DNA of 64,000 nucleotides from Candidatus Poribacteria bacterium (GTDB lineage Bacteria; Poribacteria; WGA-4E; WGA-3G): NCBI GenBank assembly GCA_963665235.2, contig CAXXLX010000002.1, positions 544,001 to 608,000 of the forward strand, read 5' to 3'. Shown piece by piece: positions 57,354 to 64,000 of this stretch (position 1 is its first letter; each line of letters starts with the position of its first letter). The notes under the pieces were generated by a model. It saw only the letters and a program-made list of their open reading frames with translations, ran no database searches and was not told where the DNA came from. The position numbers and the translations under genes were made by a program.

Positions 57354-58397
57354 ATGCACAACGTTACAAAAACGTCTCAAATTCCAATTCCCCCGCATTT
57401 CGATGCCGCACGGGTGGGAGAGGTTTGGCGAATCCCGTATCAGATACGACACAGTGAGGCGCAGGCATGGGCACAGCAGCACGACATCCCCCACGCATCC
57501 GAGGACGATTTCCGGACCTGCCTATTGCTCATTGATGTACAAAATACGTTCTGTATTCCGAGCTATGAACTTTTCGTCGGCGGACGTTCGGGCAATGGGG
57601 CGGTTGAAGATAACGTTCGCCTGTGTCAATTCATCTATCACAACCTGCCACACATTAGCAAAATCGTTTGCACGCTGGATACGCACACCGCTATGCAGAT
57701 ATTCCACGAGGTGTTTTGGATTGACGGGACAGGGGAGCATCCGATACCGTTGCAAACCCTGATTACGCAGGCAGACATTGAGGGAGGCAGATGGCGCGTC
57801 AATCCGGCAGTGACCGATAACGTGCTCGGAGATGCGGCGGGTTATACCTATTTGAAGACATATAGCGAACACTACGTTAAGACGCTCACCGCCGATGGGA
57901 AATATCCGCTTATGATATGGCCCTATCATGCTATGCTCGGCGGGATTGGACATGCCGTTGTGTCTGCTGTTGATGAAACGTGCTTTTTCCATGCAATCGC
58001 TCGCAGCAGTCAGACGCACTATGAACTCAAAGGACGGAACCCCTTGACTGAGAACTATTCTGTACTTCGACCCGAAGTCCTTAACGATGGAGAGGGGCAA
58101 CCAGTTGCACAAAAGAACACAGCTTTTTTGGAAATGCTATTGGAATATGACCGACTTATCATCGCTGGACAAGCAAAGAGCCACTGCGTCGCCTGGACCG
58201 TCAGCGACCTGCTAGCCGAAATTCAGCGAACTGAACCGACTTTAGCGAAAAAGGTTTATCTGATGCAAGACCTGACTTCTCCAGTGGTCGTTCCGGACAT
58301 AGTCGATTATACAGACCCCGCAGATGCCGCTTTTGCCGAATTTGCTGACGCGGGAATGCATATCGTCTCGTCAACCGACCCTATTGCGGAGTGGTGA
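57354..58397 (+). CDS. Isochorismatase / nicotinamidase-like cysteine hydrolase
   Basis: IDVQNTF, LDTH, WPYH, KG, AGQAKSHCV. Confidence 0.88.
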   Translation: MHNVTKTSQIPIPPHFDAARVGEVWRIPYQIRHSEAQAWAQQHDIPHASEDDFRTCLLLIDVQNTFCIPSYELFVGGRSGNGAVEDNVRLCQFIYHNLPHISKIVCTLDTHTAMQIFHEVFWIDGTGEHPIPLQTLITQADIEGGRWRVNPAVTDNVLGDAAGYTYLKTYSEHYVKTLTADGKYPLMIWPYHAMLGGIGHAVVSAVDETCFFHAIARSSQTHYELKGRNPLTENYSVLRPEVLNDGEGQPVAQKNTAFLEMLLEYDRLIIAGQAKSHCVAWTVSDLLAEIQRTEPTLAKKVYLMQDLTSPVVVPDIVDYTDPADAAFAEFADAGMHIVSSTDPIAEW

Positions 58398-58462
58398 TAG
58401 ACTAACAGACGCGCACACCGCATGTCAAAACGCTGCGCGTCATCAAATTGAGGGGAAAAATT

Positions 58463-60169
58463 ATGGCAACTGACAAAACGCTACTGTTTGATTCTAGCGG
58501 GGACGATTTGGCAATTTCGGCGATGCAGCAATGGTACATTAGCATCGCCGCGGATGCAACCGCTTCTGAAAGATATGCCGCCGAAGAACTCCAGAAATGG
58601 CTCGAGCAAGCAAGCGCATTGGCATTACCACTCCGCACGGCTGATGAAAGTGCTGACACTAGTAATAGCGGACAGCTCACGGTCAGGACAGCAGCTACAA
58701 TCGGAGACGAGGATATACACATCACCGTGAAGAGAGAGCAGATTCAAATCACGGGGGGCGCGCCACGAGGTGTTCTCTATGCAGTCTATCAATTTCTTGA
58801 GGAACTCATCGGCATCCGATTTCTAACGGCTGACCATACCTATATTCCGGATGCATCAGAACTGAAAATCCCGTGCGGCACCTATACCTATACCCCCCCT
58901 TTCTCGTTCCGGTGGAGTTATTACCGCGAAAACGCAGCAGCACCAGCATTCGCAGCAAAACGCAAAATCAACACTGTCACAGATGCCGACAATCTCGGAG
59001 GTAAAACGCCACAGCAGCTGATTAATCATTCGTTTCATTGGCTCGTCCCTTTCGCTACCTACGGTGAAACGCACCCGGAGTATTACGCCCTCGTTGATGG
59101 AAAACGGGATACGAATACCCACGGCGGCGGCCCGCAGTTATGTGTTACAAATCCGGACGTGATTGAGGTGGCGGCTGAAGCAGCAATTCAACGTCTTACA
59201 GACGCATCGAATGTGGCGAACATCAGTGTTAGTCAAGCCGATACCGCCGCATACTGCCGATGTGAACGGTGCGAAGAACTCAACAACGCAGAGGGTACAC
59301 CCATGGGGTCACAGCTGACGTTCGTCAATGCTGTCGCAGAACGCATCGAAAAGGTTCATCCCAATGTCAAGGTCGGAACACTTGCATATTGGTATACGCG
59401 CAAACCCCCTAAGACTGTCACACCGCGGCATAATGTACAGATACAACTCTGTAGCATTGAATGTTGCACGCTCCATGCAATTGATAATCCGGATTGTGAG
59501 CAGAATCAAACGTTCTGCGCGGATATGAACGCCTGGGGAGAAGTCTGTAACGATATCTGGATTTGGAATTACAATACCAATTTCCGCTCGTACGATTTGC
59601 CGTTTCCGAATCTGCGGTGTATCGGTCCTAACGTCCGATACTTTTTACGGAACAATGCAAAAGGCGTTTTCATGCAGGCAAACGGCAACGGTTTAACGGG
59701 TGAGTTCTCCGATTTGCGGAATTACCTGATTTCACGACTTATCTGGAATCCATATCTTGACGCGCAGGCGGTGTTAACCGAATTTGTACATCTGCATTAC
59801 GAAACCGCTGCCCCTACTATTCTTGAGTACATCGACTTTCTCCACGACAACGCTGAGGCGAAAGGGTGTCATCCGAGATGTTTTCCGAGCCCGGCGGAGG
59901 TCGGTTTAGATGCCGAAAGTACGCAACGGGTGTTTGAGTATTTCCAAGAAGCATTGGCACGGGCAGAAAATTCGGAAGTCCACGCTCGTGTCGAAAAGGC
60001 GGCTATCCCTGCCTATAAGGCGATGTTGGTGGCAGGCGGCGACATTGAATCGAAACGGAGACGCAACCTAATCGCTGAATATATCGCACTCTGCAAACGT
60101 TACGGATTGACGCATACGGCTGAACACCAGACGGCTGAAGTCTATTTTGAGGAGTTGCATAAGCAGTAG
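58463..60169 (+). CDS. DUF4838 domain protein (GH67/GH20-like N-terminus)
   Basis: AAEEL, GG..RGVLYAVY.FLE, HSF, HPEYYAL, QLC.TNP. Confidence 0.85.
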   Translation: MATDKTLLFDSSGDDLAISAMQQWYISIAADATASERYAAEELQKWLEQASALALPLRTADESADTSNSGQLTVRTAATIGDEDIHITVKREQIQITGGAPRGVLYAVYQFLEELIGIRFLTADHTYIPDASELKIPCGTYTYTPPFSFRWSYYRENAAAPAFAAKRKINTVTDADNLGGKTPQQLINHSFHWLVPFATYGETHPEYYALVDGKRDTNTHGGGPQLCVTNPDVIEVAAEAAIQRLTDASNVANISVSQADTAAYCRCERCEELNNAEGTPMGSQLTFVNAVAERIEKVHPNVKVGTLAYWYTRKPPKTVTPRHNVQIQLCSIECCTLHAIDNPDCEQNQTFCADMNAWGEVCNDIWIWNYNTNFRSYDLPFPNLRCIGPNVRYFLRNNAKGVFMQANGNGLTGEFSDLRNYLISRLIWNPYLDAQAVLTEFVHLHYETAAPTILEYIDFLHDNAEAKGCHPRCFPSPAEVGLDAESTQRVFEYFQEALARAENSEVHARVEKAAIPAYKAMLVAGGDIESKRRRNLIAEYIALCKRYGLTHTAEHQTAEVYFEELHKQ

Positions 60170-60178
60170 GGGTGTTGA

Positions 60179-62971
60179 ATGTTTGATTTTCAATCTCCGC
60201 TCTTCCTCGGACTGCTTGCTGCGCTGCCGTTTATAGTCTTTGTACAACGGCGCACCACCGTCATTGCGTCGAAATGGCGGAAACGCGCTGTCTTCCTCCT
60301 CAGATGTGCCGCGCTTTTATGTGCAGTCCTTGCCCTGGCAAGCCTGCACCGAACGTATAAAGAACAACGCATAGCAGTAGCGTTTCTTATTGATGCATCC
60401 GATAGTATTGCCCCCTCTCAAAAAGAGGAAACCGTTAATCAGATAAACGCCGCCATTGCAAAATTGAAACCGACCGACCTATTTGGGGTTATCAGCTTTG
60501 CACGAGAAGCATCTATCCTCAGGGCGATGTTGCCGAAACGGGAACAATCTCACCTAATATCGTTGACAGCGGAGCCAACGGGGACAGGCGATGCCACCGA
60601 CATTCTCACTAGCCTTAAGCGTGCCCTTGAACTCCTGCCAGACAATTATCATCGGCGGATAGTGCTTTTCAGTGATGGCGGACATAACGCTGGACGGACC
60701 TCCCTCGAACATCATCTGCCGCTGTTCGCGGCGAGTGAGGTGGAAATATTTACCCTCCCCCTTCAAACCATTAAAGACGCAATTCGGATTCAAGAACTAC
60801 GACTGCCAAACCGGGTTCGAAAAGAGCAACGTTTTCCGGTACAAGCAATCGTCGAATCGGATGGAAGCATTCCGACTGTCACTGCCACGCTCTATCACAA
60901 CGGGGTTCCGATGCCTGAAATTGAATTCCCGTTGCAAAGTGGCAGAAATATATTGACGTTCCCTACACAACAGGTGTCTGAAGCTCGACCACACACGTAT
61001 CAACTACGGTTAAACGTAGGCGATACTATCCTTGAAAATAACCGGGCATATTCGGTTGTGCAATTTGCGGATAAACCGCACGCCCTCTATGTAGAACGCG
61101 ATTTGCAATATGCTGGAACGCTAAAGACACTCCTAGAGGAGAACGGTTTTGTGGTAAACGTGATTTCCGCTTCAGAGATGCCAACAGATTTAACTACGTT
61201 TCAACACTACGATGTGACTATCCTGAGCAACATTTCCGCAGATACGGTTTCAACAGCACAATTGAACGCCCTAGAGAGGTACGTCCGGGACCTCGGGCAC
61301 GGTTTAGTGGTTATCGGGGGAGATGAGGCTTTCGGACCCGGCGGCTATACAGGGACAGCGTTGGAACGTGCACTCCCCGTTGACATGACACCGCGGGAAC
61401 GGAAGGATGCTGTCGCGCTTGTGTTTGTACTTGATACATCGGGCAGCATGGCGAACTATGTCGGAACACAACGGAAGATTGACCTCGCTATTGAGGCGAT
61501 ACGCGCCGGAATTCATAACCTTAAACCAGCAGATGAGGCGGGAGTTATCGGGTTCAACGTTGATTCTCACGTTATTTCACAGCTCACATCTGACCATGAT
61601 ATGCTGAAAAAAGCGGTTGGACGACTCAAACCGACAGGCGGCACAACGATGATGGCGGAGGCTATCAATGAAGCAGGCGACATGCTCAAAGCCGCTGATG
61701 CGAAACGGAAACACATTGTCCTCTTGTCGGATGGTAAATCTGATGGAGAACGTTCCGAATTTATGGAGATAGCGAAAAATATCGCTGCGGCGCGTATCGG
61801 TATTACGACAATCGCCATCGGCGACGCTGCGGAAGCACTCCTGAACGATATTGCAGATGTCGGCGGTGGACGCACCGTGAGGGTTCAAAACCTCCAAGAA
61901 TTGCCCAAAATTTTGATGAATACTGTCCGAGAAACACAGGATTATATTGTACAGGAACAGGTCCAACCGGAAATCGCCGCTCATAGGCCACCAATTTTAG
62001 AGGGGATAGACGTTTTGCCTCCGCTATATGGTTACGTAGCAACAGCGGAGAAGACAGCTGCACAGGTTTTTATAAAATCTCGTCATAAGGACGAACCGCT
62101 CCTGGCTGGGTGGCATCACGGATTAGGAAAATCTGTTGCATGGACATCGGATATCAAACCCGCGTGGAGTAAAACGTGGATGTCCTGGGAAAACTTTGGC
62201 AAGTTTTGGGGACAGGTTATCAATTGGACACTCCCCGCAGACGATGCAGACGCAGATTTTGAACTCATCGTCTCACCCCGCAACGGCAGCGCGGAAGTGG
62301 TCATTGATGCACAACGGCCATCACATCTCGGTTATACTGTCCACGTTGCAGGACCGAACGGCACCAGCGAAACCGTTGAGATGCAACAGGTTACGTCAAA
62401 GCGTTACAGCGGCACATTTCGGACAAACGTCAGCGGCACCTATATTGTCACCGCGAAACAGGAGGGAGATGCACGCACTCGCACCGAAACGTTGGCGCGT
62501 TCCTATCCTGCCGAATATGCTGATTTTAGCGTTAATGAAGGGCTGCTGAAGATGCTTTCTGAACGGACTGGCGGTGTTTATGAACCGACGCTCTCTCAGA
62601 TAACAGCACCTGCCGGAACACCTATTGAAAAACGTGTGTCGATGTTTCAAATGTTGCTAGGCGTTGCTGTTGTCCTATTTGTGTTGGAGATGATTCTCCG
62701 GCGGTTCAGCATAGCGAGCGGATATCTAACTCAACTTCGGGCACAACTGCGTGGACAACAATCTGAAAGGGTTGCACCGGAAACGTTGACACGTCTCACG
62801 CAGAGGAAGGCTGATATGGACACAATTTCCGAACGGTCGGTGCAGGCAACGGTGGAAACAGTCGTGCCGCGCGAACGGACGATGGCGGATAAGGCACAGT
62901 CGCAGTCAACTGAAAAGGCGATAACGCGGCTATTGGCTGTGAAAAGAAAAGCGCGTTCGGTATCGGAGTAG
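60179..62971 (+). CDS. Double vWA plus GATase-like membrane protein
   Basis: DASDS and DTSGS MIDAS motifs, SDG, GG..AFGPGGY, N- and C-terminal TM segments. Confidence 0.9.
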   Translation: MFDFQSPLFLGLLAALPFIVFVQRRTTVIASKWRKRAVFLLRCAALLCAVLALASLHRTYKEQRIAVAFLIDASDSIAPSQKEETVNQINAAIAKLKPTDLFGVISFAREASILRAMLPKREQSHLISLTAEPTGTGDATDILTSLKRALELLPDNYHRRIVLFSDGGHNAGRTSLEHHLPLFAASEVEIFTLPLQTIKDAIRIQELRLPNRVRKEQRFPVQAIVESDGSIPTVTATLYHNGVPMPEIEFPLQSGRNILTFPTQQVSEARPHTYQLRLNVGDTILENNRAYSVVQFADKPHALYVERDLQYAGTLKTLLEENGFVVNVISASEMPTDLTTFQHYDVTILSNISADTVSTAQLNALERYVRDLGHGLVVIGGDEAFGPGGYTGTALERALPVDMTPRERKDAVALVFVLDTSGSMANYVGTQRKIDLAIEAIRAGIHNLKPADEAGVIGFNVDSHVISQLTSDHDMLKKAVGRLKPTGGTTMMAEAINEAGDMLKAADAKRKHIVLLSDGKSDGERSEFMEIAKNIAAARIGITTIAIGDAAEALLNDIADVGGGRTVRVQNLQELPKILMNTVRETQDYIVQEQVQPEIAAHRPPILEGIDVLPPLYGYVATAEKTAAQVFIKSRHKDEPLLAGWHHGLGKSVAWTSDIKPAWSKTWMSWENFGKFWGQVINWTLPADDADADFELIVSPRNGSAEVVIDAQRPSHLGYTVHVAGPNGTSETVEMQQVTSKRYSGTFRTNVSGTYIVTAKQEGDARTRTETLARSYPAEYADFSVNEGLLKMLSERTGGVYEPTLSQITAPAGTPIEKRVSMFQMLLGVAVVLFVLEMILRRFSIASGYLTQLRAQLRGQQSERVAPETLTRLTQRKADMDTISERSVQATVETVVPRERTMADKAQSQSTEKAITRLLAVKRKARSVSE

Positions 62972-62996
62972 CGGTTGATGTGCAGGTTTATTATAG

Positions 62997-63193
62997 AGGG
63001 AAGGGTGGAAGAGTGGAAGCGGAGGAAGGGTGGAAGCGGAGGGTGGAAGGGATGGAAGGGATGGAAGGATGGAAGGGTGGAAGCGGAGGAAGGATGGAAG
63101 GGATGGAAGGATGGAAGAGTGGAAGCGGAGGAAGGATGGAAGGGGTGGAAGGATGGAAGAGTGGAAGCGGAGGAAGGGTGGAAGCGGAGGAAG
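62997..63193 (+). repeat. Polypurine tandem repeat of 9-mers (GGAAGGATG/GGAAGGGTG/GGAAGCGGA)
   Basis: About 200 bp that is almost entirely G/A on the plus strand. Confidence 0.85.
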
Positions 63194-63680
63194 TTGTCAG
63201 AATCGCGGATTATCGCGGATTACGCGGATTGTAAATTGGCGATTGGCGATTAGCAAGAGGGAGAGGACATCGCTTATTTGTCAGCATCGCGGGTTATCGC
63301 GGATTTATCGGATTACGCGGATTTTAAATTAGCGATTGGCAATTGGCGATTAGCAATTGGAAACCAGAGAAAGAGGGTTTTGACGCGCGGCAGAGATATG
63401 CTTAGCATCACAACCTTCTTGCTAAATGCTAACAGTTTCCATAAGCCATAAGCCAATATTCTATAAACATACCGCCCTTGAGGAGCGGGAAACCGTTTGC
63501 CCGAATACTGGGGCTAATACCGATTTCTGTAGGAGCGAGCTGTGCTCGCGATTTTCTGTGGGAGGTGTTTCCATTAAAAACGTAAAAGGCGGTGCTGCGA
63601 ACAGCGACCGCCCTTTACACATCAATTAACGATAGCGTGGGTGGCACCCAACATTGTAGATGCTCCCTGCAATATGCTAA

Positions 63681-64000
63681 TTATTCAGCACGTTTTAGCT
63701 TGCTCCAGGTCGTAACCAGTTTTCCAGCAGGCTCAACTGATGTGCCAACTGCGGAGGGTTTATAGACACCTTCGGTGACGGAGCCAGTGGCAGCAATACC
63801 GACGTGCATGCCCCATCCGCCGCCACGTTCACTCACCTTGACAAGCAATAGGTTATCGCCTTTTTGCAGGTTGACGGAGAATTCATCTTGCCATCTGCCG
63901 CGTCCCCGGTTCGTTGCGTTTGTATGAACGACTTCACCGTTGAGCCAGACCTTGATAGAATCGTCGCTGCCGACTGCCATTTTGACCCCTTCCATCGCTT
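63681..64000 (-). CDS. C-terminal part of a secreted protein (PA14-like beta-sandwich) ending in a V.P.GKL..TW..LK motif
   Basis: GSDDSIKVWLNG..L.KG.N.LLVKV; SVEPAGKLVTTWSKLK; continues beyond the window. Confidence 0.8.
   Translation of the reverse strand, partial: AMEGVKMAVGSDDSIKVWLNGEVVHTNATNRGRGRWQDEFSVNLQKGDNLLLVKVSERGGGWGMHVGIAATGSVTEGVYKPSAVGTSVEPAGKLVTTWSKLKRAE

Noticed and set aside
62975-63332. ORFs in all three plus-strand frames
   Set aside because: Artefacts of the low-complexity purine repeat.
1-64000. tRNA or rRNA genes
   Set aside because: No cloverleaf/T-loop or rRNA signature noticed by eye; tRNAscan-SE and Infernal would be decisive.

Overview
Bacterial chromosomal window of about 50% GC. 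By inference it comes from Candidatus Poribacteria or a similar sponge-associated lineage: many TPR, PhyH, sulfatase, vWA and CRTAC1 proteins, a V.P.GKL...W..(I/L)K C-terminal motif, and intergenic DNA dense in REPs and MITEs. Housekeeping genes: purQ, purL, rph, rdgB, efp, accB, accC, pncB, leuB, ychF, plsC, cmk, tyrA. Other content: an RsbW/RsbV/GAF-PP2C partner-switch cluster, a porin plus two BCCT transporters, two PhyH-sulfatase pairs and a 5'-truncated TnpB element. Best lead: a UvrD/PcrA-type SF1 helicase that the ORF track misses (<1..1206, minus). It carries an apparently complete GIY-YIG nuclease domain inserted in frame between motifs Ia and II, and lies directly downstream of an orphan D12-class adenine methyltransferase and two TPR genes, so it is a candidate defence or repair module. 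Other leads: an FRG-TPR pair split by one in-frame stop, two orphan Rpn C-terminal mini-genes, and at least three MITE families that each carry a REP-like hairpin. Two IS200/IS605-type ends abut or supply host start and stop codons. PhyH and sulfatase copies have atypical active-site motifs, and a consensus promoter drives an apparently ORF-poor structured transcript. I saw no tRNA, rRNA or CRISPR array. All calls rest on manual motif reading; no database searches were run.
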